Positions 45,062 through 54,556 of a stretch of DNA of 64,000 bases are shown here, in pieces; the first letter of the stretch is position 1; each line of letters begins with the position of its first letter. The stretch lies in IMG/VR virus record IMGVR_UViG_3300031576_000008, positions 1 to 64,000 of that record; one strand, 5' to 3'. The notes beneath the pieces were generated by a model, which saw nothing but the letters and a program-made list of their open reading frames with translations, did no database searches and was not told the DNA's origin. A program made the translations under genes and the position numbers. Source of the stretch: a virus.

Positions 45062-45718
45062 CTACGCGGCATGACGGATGCCGATCTCCCTGAGCTTGGT
45101 CTCACCCTCCTTGCCAGACTTGATGAGGAGCAGCTGCGCGATGAGCGTGTCCACCGGAGGCATGTTCAGATCCGCGTGGATCAGGCAAAACCGCTCCACG
45201 ACCTTATTGCCCTGTGGACCCGCCATGACGTCGATTTTGTGACTGGGCCGCAGGCGGTAGCGGATGCCGGAGATTCCACGAACTTCGAGGAACCCCCGCT
45301 TCTGGAAGCTCTTGTACGTCTTCTGGCCGATGACGCTCTTGAGCAGGATCAGTGCCTTGGCATTCGCTTTCGCGATGCGCTTCATGCGCTTCTTGAGCCG
45401 GCGACGTGCCATCCTCGAGCGGCGGGTAGGCGACCCAAACTGGAATGGATAAAAGCTGGATGCGACATGAGTCGAGATGATGGCATGGTACTGAATGCTC
45501 TCGATCTGCATCGGGGCGACGACATAGTCGCCGGCCGTCCCATGGTTGACCCAGAAGTTCTCGTCATGCACGTAGAGAGTGGACGCGTCCCCACTATTGC
45601 AGACAAACTCGTGCGTGGCATACATCGTGTCCGCCATCCAGCTTGTACTTGCGTCGTAAACGTAGCGGACGGACGTGGTCTGACCTCCGAACGCCGGGAA
45701 TCCCGTAAGCGCCGTCAT
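45062..45718 (-). CDS. Hypothetical protein, partner of GG-ended protein
   Basis: C-terminal ALILL..F-x-V-x-G..YR..FC..P..D..AQ-x-L. Confidence 0.65.
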   Translation of the reverse strand: MTALTGFPAFGGQTTSVRYVYDASTSWMADTMYATHEFVCNSGDASTLYVHDENFWVNHGTAGDYVVAPMQIESIQYHAIISTHVASSFYPFQFGSPTRRSRMARRRLKKRMKRIAKANAKALILLKSVIGQKTYKSFQKRGFLEVRGISGIRYRLRPSHKIDVMAGPQGNKVVERFCLIHADLNMPPVDTLIAQLLLIKSGKEGETKLREIGIRHAA

Positions 45719-45720
45719 GA

Positions 45721-46041
45721 CTAGCCTCCACGCACAGGCGGGGACATCACCAGCCGTTCCGCGAAAGGATCGAAATCGTTGATCATCTCGCCCTTCTTTC
45801 CGTCCTTGTCGAGCTTGAACGAGAGATAGCCCTCCTTCTTGAGTCGGTAGAATTCCTGCTTGGCGTCCTCGGTCTCCCACGGATTCTGCGGGTTCCACTT
45901 GACCGTGAGATCGCCGGACTTTCCCATGACCGCCATCTGGCCCATCGTCTCCTCCTTCTTTTCGGGCATCAGCTCTTCGAGGCGTGCCTTCTGGCATTCC
46001 GGGCACGTGCAGTCTTTCACAGATTTGAATTTGGCCATCAT
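45721..46041 (-). CDS. Small protein ending PPVRGG (ubiquitin/MoaD-like C-terminus)
   Basis: GD..W-x-P..E..A..F..GY..FDP-x-AE..PPVRGG*. Confidence 0.7.
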   Translation of the reverse strand: MMAKFKSVKDCTCPECQKARLEELMPEKKEETMGQMAVMGKSGDLTVKWNPQNPWETEDAKQEFYRLKKEGYLSFKLDKDGKKGEMINDFDPFAERLVMSPPVRGG

Positions 46042-46460
46042 GCTCCTCCTTCACGCATCGTGTTGGAAATGGCCACAGTCAGCTTGAGCTTGGGATACTG
46101 CGTCTGGATCATCTTGGCGACGGTCACGTACATCTCATTGGCGATGCCGACCATCCTCGGCTCGTCCAGAGCGTCAATGCCGTTGATGACAAGAGACGAC
46201 TGCAGGAGCGCCAAGATGTACCCTTCGATCGTGATGGCGATGACCTTGAGGCGATGGCGTTTCTCGCGCGCCGACAGGCCCCGTTCCTTCTTGATCTCGG
46301 GATAGTTGAGGGCCGCCTTGACGATCTGGTCATGCCAGAACTTGACCGTCTGCCGCGCAAGGCGTTCGCCAATCGCCTTGGTCCTCCTCTCGAATGCCTC
46401 CTGATTCAAACCGGGCCTCCTTGAGAGATATAAAATTGTGACCGGGCTCGGCATAGCCAC
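46038..46460 (-). CDS. Hypothetical protein
   Basis: Coupled ORF. Confidence 0.55.
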   Translation of the reverse strand: MAMPSPVTILYLSRRPGLNQEAFERRTKAIGERLARQTVKFWHDQIVKAALNYPEIKKERGLSAREKRHRLKVIAITIEGYILALLQSSLVINGIDALDEPRMVGIANEMYVTVAKMIQTQYPKLKLTVAISNTMREGGA

Positions 46461-46480
46461 GCCCGGTCGGAAGTTGTGAC

Positions 46481-47350
46481 CTACTCGCGATCGATGAGCG
46501 GCTCGATGTAGCTGGCCCGATCATGGCCGAGCACGCCAAACGGGAAGGGATCCGAGATCGGCAACCCGAAGATCTTCCGGCCCACGATGTAGTAGTGCGA
46601 GAGGAAGATCTTGATGGTCAGCCGGAGCGCCTTGGCGTGCTTGTGGGCATCGAAGCACGGGATCGGCTTCTTGGTCTTCTCATCGAGATGGACCTTGTGG
46701 CAGGGGCGCTGCTCGACCTCCTTGCGGAAATGATCGTAAAGCTTCCGGTAGGAATCGCCCTGCTTCACGAACTGGTTGCCGATCTTCCAGACGAGAACCT
46801 TCGCGCCCGGATTGTAGCCGAGCTTCTCGCCCCGCCGGCGGCGGTCCGCCTCCCCGATGCGAAAGAGCTGGCCCTTGCACTTGGGGCATCCATTCTCGAA
46901 TTCTGGCACATCCGCGACGGGGAACTCTTCCTTGCAGGCACCGCAGTGGTAACGGGTCGTCACGACCGCCATCCCGCAGTACTTCCAGACCGAGCTGACG
47001 TGCGTCGCCCGATAGAGATCGATCCACGCCAGAAGACCGCCCGACAGGCGGGGGCCGATGCCCTTGACCTTCGAAAGCCAGCGGTCATAGATGGGGTGGT
47101 CCTTGATGATCGCAAAGGACTCCTTCTCCATCCATTTCTCGTTCTCGGCATAAGATTCGTCGGCGTGGCTGTGGTACTCCTTGAGCTCGGCTTCCGTCGT
47201 GTCGGCGATCTCGCAGTACTTCTTGATGCGATTCGAGGTGGCGATGCGGACCTTCTGGAGATCGTACATCGTCTCCACGAGGAACCGAAGCTGGCCGATC
47301 TGCTTGGGCGGCAGATTGTTGACGGCCTGCAGGATCTCATTCTCGGCCAT
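46481..47350 (-). CDS. IS110/Nop-domain protein without RuvC (TasA-like), Zn-ribbon insert
   Basis: YDLQKVRIATSNR coiled coil, WLSKVKGIGP..LL..ID..SSVWKYCG, RRRGEK..YN..K, YRKLYD, HAKALR..KIFLSH. Confidence 0.7.
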   Translation of the reverse strand: MAENEILQAVNNLPPKQIGQLRFLVETMYDLQKVRIATSNRIKKYCEIADTTEAELKEYHSHADESYAENEKWMEKESFAIIKDHPIYDRWLSKVKGIGPRLSGGLLAWIDLYRATHVSSVWKYCGMAVVTTRYHCGACKEEFPVADVPEFENGCPKCKGQLFRIGEADRRRRGEKLGYNPGAKVLVWKIGNQFVKQGDSYRKLYDHFRKEVEQRPCHKVHLDEKTKKPIPCFDAHKHAKALRLTIKIFLSHYYIVGRKIFGLPISDPFPFGVLGHDRASYIEPLIDRE

Positions 47351-47412
47351 GTAGAACTCCTTTGTTTGGAAATGGCTGCGGGAGTATGGTTGCTGATGTG
47401 CCGTGGTGCGCG

Positions 47413-47688
47413 CTAGAGGATCTGCCACTGACCATCCGGGCGGACGGTCATGCCATTGACGCAGGGCCACGAGATGTGGAGATCGCGGAACCAACGGACG
47501 GCCAGACGAATGCCGCTGCAGCCGTCCATCTTGCAAATCCTCTCGCCATCGAGGACTCTGCCCTTCTGCTTCCCGTCGCGGGAATAAACAAGCTTGGCCT
47601 TGGGATTCGAGTTCACGAACATTCCCCCAAGGCCAAGCGGCTTCATGGCATCGCGGACCTCGTCGATGCGACGCCGGATGACGTGCAT
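47413..47688 (-). CDS. Hypothetical protein
   Basis: C..GC..RLAVRW..WPC..GM. Confidence 0.6.
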   Translation of the reverse strand: MHVIRRRIDEVRDAMKPLGLGGMFVNSNPKAKLVYSRDGKQKGRVLDGERICKMDGCSGIRLAVRWFRDLHISWPCVNGMTVRPDGQWQIL

Positions 47689-47689
47689 G

Positions 47690-48058
47690 CTAGGCTCCCT
47701 TCTTGCGATCCTCGGCCCTCATGGACACGGCGACCGCCTCGTAAAGCCGGAACGTGCACCGCAGGCACGACCTCTGATGGACTGCTTCCTTGGATTTGCG
47801 GTTCCGACTCGCCCGCTCAAGACCATCGATGTCAAGGCAGCTTTCGGTCTCCTGCGATGGATGCAGATGGCGAAACCGGGGAGGCAGCTCAATGACGGCC
47901 ACCGCCTTCACCTTCTGCGAGCATTCGTCGCAGACTCTGACACGGACCGCCAGATCGATGATCCAGTCCAGCCATTCGTTGCTCACGCAACGCGGCGGTC
48001 GACAGAACGCGCGGATCGACTTGAGAACATCCGCATGATCGACATGCAAATGGGCCAT
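47690..48058 (-). CDS. Hypothetical protein
   Basis: AAGGAG RBS. Confidence 0.55.
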   Translation of the reverse strand: MAHLHVDHADVLKSIRAFCRPPRCVSNEWLDWIIDLAVRVRVCDECSQKVKAVAVIELPPRFRHLHPSQETESCLDIDGLERASRNRKSKEAVHQRSCLRCTFRLYEAVAVSMRAEDRKKGA

Positions 48059-48101
48059 GTAGTTTCGCTCCTTTCTTCGAAGTTCCCTCTCCAAAGAAAG
48101 G

Positions 48102-48272
48102 TTACCCGATCAGTACCCGCGAGAAGCCGGTCTTCGACGCAACCGAGAAACGGCGCGGCTTCTTGCGACGCATCATCAGCCGGATTTTCCGGAGCGCATC
48201 CCGTTCGCTCTTCGCGCGGATGCGCACCGCCTGCTCATGCAGGCCGGCAATGTAAACCATGAAGTACGGCAT
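48102..48272 (-). CDS. 56-aa basic hypothetical protein
   Basis: MPYFMVYIAG..RVLIG*, AAGGAG RBS. Confidence 0.55.
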   Translation of the reverse strand: MPYFMVYIAGLHEQAVRIRAKSERDALRKIRLMMRRKKPRRFSVASKTGFSRVLIG

Positions 48273-48294
48273 TCGATATCTCCTTTCTGGAGCA

Positions 48295-48669
48295 TCATGG
48301 CACTCCCCTCCTCCGGGGCCGGATCTTCCTCTGCTGGACAGGCAGGGGCGGATACGGCCATGTCATCTGTTTGTCCTTCGCCTTCTGGACAGCAGCCTTG
48401 GCGGCCTTCCTGTCGGGTGGAAGCGTAACGACGACATTCTGGGCGACCATGGCGTACTGCTTCTTCACGTGTGTCTCATACTCCATCCGCTGCTTCTTGG
48501 TCGTCGGCGGATACGGCTGCAAACGGATGGGCGGGAGCACGCGGACCTCCACGTGCTCCCGCCCCGACTGACCCCAGCAGAATCCGATGAGCGGCACGGA
48601 ATTCCACCACCAATCCGTCCGCCCACAGAGACTGCAGGGTCCCACCGCCTTGTTTCTTAAGTCGCTCAT
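48295..48669 (-). CDS. Hypothetical protein
   Basis: Coupled ORF. Confidence 0.55.
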   Translation of the reverse strand: MSDLRNKAVGPCSLCGRTDWWWNSVPLIGFCWGQSGREHVEVRVLPPIRLQPYPPTTKKQRMEYETHVKKQYAMVAQNVVVTLPPDRKAAKAAVQKAKDKQMTWPYPPLPVQQRKIRPRRRGVP

Positions 48670-48932
48670 GGACCTGTCTTCGAGGCCTCTTTCCGCTCAC
48701 GGAGCTGCTCCTGCCGCTCCTTGATCTGGCGGTACTTGAGACCGTCGATCGAGATGTGGAAGAACTCCTTGTTGTCGCCGGCGTTGTCACCCTCGTCGTC
48801 GAGCATGATGACGATCGCGATCCCCTTGTACTTGATGACGGCGATGAGCAGCTCCTCGTCGGTGGGCGACTCGCTCTTCGCCTCGTTCTCGTCATCGCAG
48901 ATGATGACCTTCGCGGGGAATTTGAACGACAT
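48666..48932 (-). CDS. Hypothetical protein
   Basis: GGAGG RBS. Confidence 0.65.
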   Translation of the reverse strand: MSFKFPAKVIICDDENEAKSESPTDEELLIAVIKYKGIAIVIMLDDEGDNAGDNKEFFHISIDGLKYRQIKERQEQLRERKEASKTGP

Positions 48933-48947
48933 GATTGCCTCCGGTGG

Positions 48948-49214
48948 TTAGTAGTAGCCCCCGAGTTCCGGGGTCGGAACCGAGGAGAATCGCGCCCGTG
49001 TGACAAGCGAGCTGACACGGTCCCATTCGGAATCCGTGATCACTTCCTCATCACAAAGCGCCGCCCCCGTCCACTTCACGTACTTGCGGATCGTCTCGTA
49101 GAGATGATCGTTGGACGGGTTCCGCCGCAGCATGCTCGTGGCATTGGTCAGCACGCGGTAGAACTTGAGCCGCTTCAGGGCGCGCCTGATCGGATTCTTT
49201 TCAGGCTCCATCAT
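48948..49214 (-). CDS. Hypothetical protein
   Basis: AGGAG RBS. Confidence 0.6.
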   Translation of the reverse strand: MMEPEKNPIRRALKRLKFYRVLTNATSMLRRNPSNDHLYETIRKYVKWTGAALCDEEVITDSEWDRVSSLVTRARFSSVPTPELGGYY

Positions 49215-49224
49215 GGCATGACTC

Positions 49225-49992
49225 CTAGATCAGCGCGGCGGGGAACCTCGTCGCGATCGCGCCAACCAACATCCCGTTCTGCGCCTCGAAATTCTTGATC
49301 TCGCGGCGGACGACCAGCCGGTCGTGCTCGCTCTGGGCGATGATGGTCCCGGAGATGTCGGCGGAGATGAGGCGGTCGAGGAAGTCGCTGAACTCGCTGC
49401 AGACGCCCACCTCAACCGCGAACCGGCGCTGATTGTCGTCCTGACGGTCCTCTTCGCAGAGCTTGTCCTCTTCGAACACCTCGTCGGCGATCTGCTTGAC
49501 AAGGTGCAGCTTGGCGAGCTGGTGCACGAGGACGACCGTGTCGGCCATCATGTCGATCTTGATCTGGAAGGTCACCGAGTCTTCGAAATCGTTGTCTCCG
49601 ATGTCGGCGACCTCCTCGGGTTCCGGTCTGGCGTCCGGCACGCGCATGACATCGGGATCATTTTCCTCAGCCTCCTCGATGCCGAGCGCATCGAGCTCCT
49701 CGTCGTTCGCGTACATCTCATCGGATCCGACGCGGCACGGGGCGACGTCGAGCTTCCTGAGCTCGTGCGAGGCGCGCATCATGAGGTCGTACTCGATGCG
49801 GGTCTCGTCGGTGGACCGGCCTTCCTTGATGATCTTCATGAGCTCCCAGACCCGCTTCTCGATGATCGCGAGATAGCCCGACAGTCCGATCTCGCCATCC
49901 CAGCCCTGCTCCGCCGCGATCTCCTTGACCCGCGTCATGAGCTTGTTCGCCTTCTCCTCGTTCTTCAGGAAGGCCGCTGCGCTGGCGTTCAT
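49225..49992 (-). CDS. Acidic hypothetical protein
   Basis: AAGGAG RBS, strong codon bias. Confidence 0.7.
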   Translation of the reverse strand: MNASAAAFLKNEEKANKLMTRVKEIAAEQGWDGEIGLSGYLAIIEKRVWELMKIIKEGRSTDETRIEYDLMMRASHELRKLDVAPCRVGSDEMYANDEELDALGIEEAEENDPDVMRVPDARPEPEEVADIGDNDFEDSVTFQIKIDMMADTVVLVHQLAKLHLVKQIADEVFEEDKLCEEDRQDDNQRRFAVEVGVCSEFSDFLDRLISADISGTIIAQSEHDRLVVRREIKNFEAQNGMLVGAIATRFPAALI

Positions 49993-50216
49993 CTTGATTT
50001 CTCCTTTTTGATGTTCTTGAAAAGGGGCCGCACTTCCAGCGGGAGGAAGTAGAACCAAAGGGGTCTCCCATTCACGTACTGATAGGGATGCAGATAAGCG
50101 GCCATGGCCGCCTCTATCGCCATTTTCTGGAGCGCCCTCTGGTAGGCTTCCTCGTATTCAGGCATCAGTTCATGGCGCGGCTTCTTGCACTTAGATCTCA
50201 CAAGAACAGCCATCAC
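49989..50216 (-). CDS. Hypothetical protein
   Basis: Coupled ORF. Confidence 0.5.
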   Translation of the reverse strand: MMAVLVRSKCKKPRHELMPEYEEAYQRALQKMAIEAAMAAYLHPYQYVNGRPLWFYFLPLEVRPLFKNIKKEKSR

Positions 50217-50222
50217 GGCCTC

Positions 50223-50600
50223 CTAGACGCCGATCTCGCGTCCGATCTCTTCTTCCCTCCAAAGCGATTCTTCGACCGTCTCTCCATTGGGTCCCTTGAG
50301 CGCAAGGAAGAAACAGGGTCCGCTGGACCATGGCTCCTCCTGCACGAACTCCACGTAGATCCGCCCGTCCGGCAGGATGTAGCGATGCAGGTCGTACTCG
50401 ATGTCGAACATGCCGTAGAACTTCTCCCCGGACAACTCACACTTCACCGGGCTGCCATTCACCGGCCGAGGCCCGATGGTTTCCTGACTGCCGTCCGGAT
50501 AGATGCGGGTGATCGTCTCGGTGTAGAACAGCTCTTCCTTGGCTTCCAGCAGCTTCTTGGCACGCTCGCAAAGGCCGATGATCTGGTCAGACCGGCTCAT
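50223..50600 (-). CDS. Hypothetical protein
   Basis: Q..PWSSGPCFFLAL motif. Confidence 0.65.
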   Translation of the reverse strand: MSRSDQIIGLCERAKKLLEAKEELFYTETITRIYPDGSQETIGPRPVNGSPVKCELSGEKFYGMFDIEYDLHRYILPDGRIYVEFVQEEPWSSGPCFFLALKGPNGETVEESLWREEEIGREIGV

Positions 50601-50768
50601 GTGCTCACTCCTTCTCCGGCGCGGGCTCTTCACGCTTCCTGCTGAAGAGCGAGAGAATCCACGCCCCAATGAACTTCCTGAATCGGACGACGAATCCGAT
50701 GCCAGCCACCGAACTGGTGGCCACCGTGACGACGCAGTGCGGTCAGAGAGCCATGATTCCCCCTCCAA

Positions 50769-51131
50769 TTACGGCGTGATCTTCTCGAAGTACTTCGAGA
50801 TCCAGATGACCATGTGCTCGTGGTCCTTCTCGATGATCCGGATCCCTTCCGTCTTCTGAAGGTCCTTGCGCAGGATGTTGAGACGCTCGATCATGTCGCC
50901 ATCGATCACGCGCCCCACGAGGATCGAGAAGTTGATCTGGATGCGCTTGGGGCCGTCCTTGCTCTCGGTGTCGGGAGCCGCCCCGATGGTGATCATGTGC
51001 TCCGGCAGATGCAGGACGCCGGCGATCTTCTTCACGCATCCGTAGAGCGACGTCGGGTCGTCCGTGAACTTCTTGGCGAGCGGGATCTCCTTGCAGATCT
51101 TCTGTTCGAGCATCAGGTCCGTCTCGTTCAT
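50769..51131 (-). CDS. Hypothetical protein
   Basis: AAGGAG RBS. Confidence 0.7.
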   Translation of the reverse strand: MNETDLMLEQKICKEIPLAKKFTDDPTSLYGCVKKIAGVLHLPEHMITIGAAPDTESKDGPKRIQINFSILVGRVIDGDMIERLNILRKDLQKTEGIRIIEKDHEHMVIWISKYFEKITP

Positions 51132-51157
51132 CTCAGACTCCTTCTGGTTCCCGGGTT

Positions 51158-51194
51158 AAAAGAAAGGCCCGGCCCCCTTTCGAGGGCCGGGCCC
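51158..51194 (-). terminator. Intrinsic terminator
   Basis: GGCCCGGCCC..GGGCCGGGCC-TTTCTTTT. Confidence 0.7.
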
Positions 51195-51214
51195 CAACGA
51201 TCCATTCCGAGGTG

Positions 51215-51955
51215 CTAGGCGCAGCCAGCCTCGACGCAGTGGTTCTCGTTGCAGTCACGGCAGAACTGGACCGGGTGCGACTCATTGTTGGAGTCGTACG
51301 ACATGTCGCAGTCATTGCAATGGCTGTCATCATCCGGCTCGTCCTGACGAGAACGAACCGGGGACGGCACGGACGAGTACGAGTCGCAGCGGTGACCCTC
51401 GCGGATCGAAACCGCCAGACCGCACTTTCCGCAGGTCATGCCCGAACGGCGGGCGTTGACCGGCATCGGAGCATTGACGTTGCACTGGTGCGGAGCCATC
51501 GTCGCCACGGAAACACCGCACTTGCGGCAGTTCACGGCATTGACGACTCCCTTCCCATGGTGGATCACATTGACCACCGTGGGATGCTCAAGGGCATTCT
51601 TGATCGCGTTCGACTTCACGCGGTCCGCCGCCAGAATCAGCGGGTAGAACACCAACGAGCCCAGCTTGCGCCCGACCTTCCCGCCGGCGAAGAACGGCCA
51701 GAAGATCGACTGGATGGCCAGCTGCTTGAGCCGGAGACCGCGCTTCGACCGCGCGACCTCCTTCATCTTGGCGTAGATCTCCACCTCGTCCTTCACCCCG
51801 GGGTACGAGGCCGCTTCCTTGGCGTCCTCCTTCCACCAGCGCGAGAGGAAGAGATAGACCACCGCCGACGCGCCCATGGCCCACAGGCCGAAGAGGAGCG
51901 CATTGTGGTGATCGATCACGAACGGCAGGGCCTGAAAAACCAAGAACTCCTTCAT
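51215..51955 (-). CDS. Membrane protein with C-terminal CxxC..H-x-C repeats
   Basis: TM segments, CRKCG..HQC, CGKCG..HRC. Confidence 0.65.
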   Translation of the reverse strand: MKEFLVFQALPFVIDHHNALLFGLWAMGASAVVYLFLSRWWKEDAKEAASYPGVKDEVEIYAKMKEVARSKRGLRLKQLAIQSIFWPFFAGGKVGRKLGSLVFYPLILAADRVKSNAIKNALEHPTVVNVIHHGKGVVNAVNCRKCGVSVATMAPHQCNVNAPMPVNARRSGMTCGKCGLAVSIREGHRCDSYSSVPSPVRSRQDEPDDDSHCNDCDMSYDSNNESHPVQFCRDCNENHCVEAGCA

Positions 51956-52104
51956 GAGCCCTTTCTCCTTCCTTGAGTAAGAAACAGTCGTCGACTACGG
52001 TGTCATGCAAGCATAGGGTACCCTCCAATCACACGCGCTTGGCGCGTTCCAATGGGAACCAGACTCATGAAGAAGAAGGAGTCTTCTTGAGCCGATGAGG
52101 TTCT

Positions 52105-52362
52105 CTACGCGGACTTCTGCTTCGCCTGCTCTTCGAAAGCACCGGCGAGTTTGCGCAGAAACTCCGGAAATGTCTCAGTCGTCGCCGAGACGGTCTGCGA
52201 CACGGCATGGCCGCGACGCAGCTGCTCGATGTATGCCGTAGAGAGAAGTGTGACTACGTTCTTGAGGCCGAACTCAGCCGTGTAGGTGGTGAGGATCTTT
52301 TCGTTGACCGCCAAAAGGGAATCGTTGATCTCGCGCAAGGCCTTGTCTGCCTTCTCGTCCAT
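52105..52362 (-). CDS. Hypothetical protein
   Basis: GGAGG RBS. Confidence 0.6.
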   Translation of the reverse strand: MDEKADKALREINDSLLAVNEKILTTYTAEFGLKNVVTLLSTAYIEQLRRGHAVSQTVSATTETFPEFLRKLAGAFEEQAKQKSA

Positions 52363-52394
52363 GGCCGCCTCCTATCGGGACCTATTCATGTCCC

Positions 52395-54530
52395 CTAATT
52401 TTCATCGTCGTCGCTTTCATCATAATCGCCGCCGAGATCTTCTTCAACAGCGACGACGGGTGCCTTGTCATGGTCAGCCGCATTGCCATTGCCGTTGGTC
52501 GGCACAGGCACGGGCTTGTCCACAGGCTTGTCCACGGAAATGCCCAGCCGCTCCTTGATGCGGATGTTGGCGACATGCCGGCCGGCCTTCGCCTTCGAGA
52601 TCCTGAGACGGTCGTGGATGAACTGGATGAGCTCCTTCTCGGGGAGGTGCTTGGCCTCCACGTAAACTTTCTGGACCTCTCCCTCTTCGCTGGCTTCCTC
52701 GGAATACGGAAAGAAGCGGAGCGACATCTTGTCGCGGATCATCTTGAAGGGCTTGCCGCCGTTGGGCTCGTCCGAATCGCGCAGCTCGAAGCTGATCTCC
52801 ACGAACTTCTGGTCCAGAATCTCGTCCTTGCGGCGCTTGATGATCATGTGCGCGTTGCCCCAGTCGCCGATGACCGATGCGCCACGGATGGCCTGCAGGC
52901 CCTCGCGCTCCTGCCCCTCCTGAGGCTTGCCGTGGTGGTGCACAATGATGCTGGCGATGCAGCCGGCGTCCTGCGCAACCTTCTCAATCGTCGAGAGCAC
53001 CTTGGCCATGTCGCCCTGTTTGTTCTCGTTCAGGAAGTGGAAGCGCGCCAGAGGATCGATGACCAGATACTTCGCGCCGACCTTCCTGACCGTGTTGGTC
53101 AAACTGACGACATGGTTGGGCTCTCCCAGATTGAGCCGCTTGTGGAAGAAGAAGAGATCGTGCTGGAGCTTGCAGTAATCCCCGCCACGGGAGATCGACA
53201 TGCGTTCGAGACGGCTCCGGAGCGACGACTTGTTGAGCTCGCTCTGGAGATAGAAGACCGATCCGGTAATCCCGACATTGAAGTGCTCAAGGAATTTCCC
53301 GTTCGCGCCCGCCAAGAGTAGGATCAGGTCCTCGACCATCATCGACTTGCCCGCCTTGCCGGGGCCGGAGACGATCATCATGCCGCCCACGGGCAGCAGG
53401 TCCTCGATGGCGAACGTGACCATCGTGGCCTTGGACAGGTCATCGGCGGTCTCGTAGGGCAGGACGTCGCCATAGACTTCCTGACCGCGCGTCGACTCGA
53501 TCTCGACCTGCAGCCGCGCGTTCTTCCAGTTCTGATCGAGATAGTGGTCGAGATTGCCCTTCTGAGCCTCGGTCTTGAGCGCCTTCTCCGAGATGCCGAA
53601 GGCCGAGTTCTTGAAGATCGCGCAGTAGTCGTCGAACGAGAAGTTGGCCCTCAGGAGGTCCTTGGTGACCCGGAAGTCGACTTCAGAACGGTCGAGCTCG
53701 CCTTCGGGCGTGATCGCGTTCTTGGAGTAGATGCCGGCATGCTTGTAGCCGAACCAGATCGTGTTCTGCAGCTCGAGGTTCTGGATCTTGCGGACCTTCT
53801 CCTCGATCGACAGGGAGCTCATGTCGACCTTCTTCTCCGGCTCGGACACGTTGAGCTCGCGGGGGTTGACGCCCTCAAACACGTAATCGATGTCGCTCGA
53901 CCAGACCTCGCAGCGGAGCTCCTTGGTGAGGTCCTTCCAGTTCCTCGTGCCCGGCAGGCGCAGGAGCCGCCGGCAGTCGAACGTGTGGTCCGAGCCGACG
54001 TACTTCTTGATCAGGTGCTTCATCTCCCGCTCGGCCTGTTCGGCGGCCACGGGTGCGGCGGTCTTCAGGTAGACATGGCATCCATGTCCGCTGGAGATGA
54101 CGAACGTGCCACGGATGTTGTGGATGTTGAGCACCTTCTGCCATTCGGGATGGTCGATGTCCAGCCACAGGCACGGCACGGACGAGACGTGCTCCTTCTT
54201 GCCGGGCATGTAATGGCCGTTTGCGTACCGGTCCATCCGGAAGCGCGGGGCCACGCCGTAGTAGATCTCGTAGCCCTTCTGGTTGTGGTCGGTCACCCAG
54301 TTGCCGAGCGCGCCTTCGAAGGACTTCTCGAGCGCCACGATTGGCGTAACCTCCATGTACCGCTCTTTCATGCCTTGGGGCGGCGGGCGCTTGCGGCCCG
54401 TCTTCTTCCCTTCGGAATAGTCCTCGGGCATGATCGCCCAGAACTCCACGAGCCAGTCCTCCGGCACGTCGCTGAAGAGGAACATGAGCATCGCCTGAGC
54501 GGACGAGAGCGGGTGCTTTTCCGGGAGCAT
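52395..54530 (-). CDS. Primase (RepB'/AEP-like) fused to RecA-like/AAA_25 helicase
   Basis: LWLDID..SSGHGCHVY..RLLRLPGTRNWK and GPGKAGKS, LVIDPL, VHH, RGAS. Confidence 0.88.
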   Translation of the reverse strand: MLPEKHPLSSAQAMLMFLFSDVPEDWLVEFWAIMPEDYSEGKKTGRKRPPPQGMKERYMEVTPIVALEKSFEGALGNWVTDHNQKGYEIYYGVAPRFRMDRYANGHYMPGKKEHVSSVPCLWLDIDHPEWQKVLNIHNIRGTFVISSGHGCHVYLKTAAPVAAEQAEREMKHLIKKYVGSDHTFDCRRLLRLPGTRNWKDLTKELRCEVWSSDIDYVFEGVNPRELNVSEPEKKVDMSSLSIEEKVRKIQNLELQNTIWFGYKHAGIYSKNAITPEGELDRSEVDFRVTKDLLRANFSFDDYCAIFKNSAFGISEKALKTEAQKGNLDHYLDQNWKNARLQVEIESTRGQEVYGDVLPYETADDLSKATMVTFAIEDLLPVGGMMIVSGPGKAGKSMMVEDLILLLAGANGKFLEHFNVGITGSVFYLQSELNKSSLRSRLERMSISRGGDYCKLQHDLFFFHKRLNLGEPNHVVSLTNTVRKVGAKYLVIDPLARFHFLNENKQGDMAKVLSTIEKVAQDAGCIASIIVHHHGKPQEGQEREGLQAIRGASVIGDWGNAHMIIKRRKDEILDQKFVEISFELRDSDEPNGGKPFKMIRDKMSLRFFPYSEEASEEGEVQKVYVEAKHLPEKELIQFIHDRLRISKAKAGRHVANIRIKERLGISVDKPVDKPVPVPTNGNGNAADHDKAPVVAVEEDLGGDYDESDDDEN

Positions 54531-54556
54531 CAGATCTTCCTCCCCTTCCAGTTTGC

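Noticed and set aside
46481-47350. Active IS110 insertion sequence
   Set aside because: No RuvC DEDD domain, no catalytic Ser loop and no room for a bridge-RNA-sized non-coding end.
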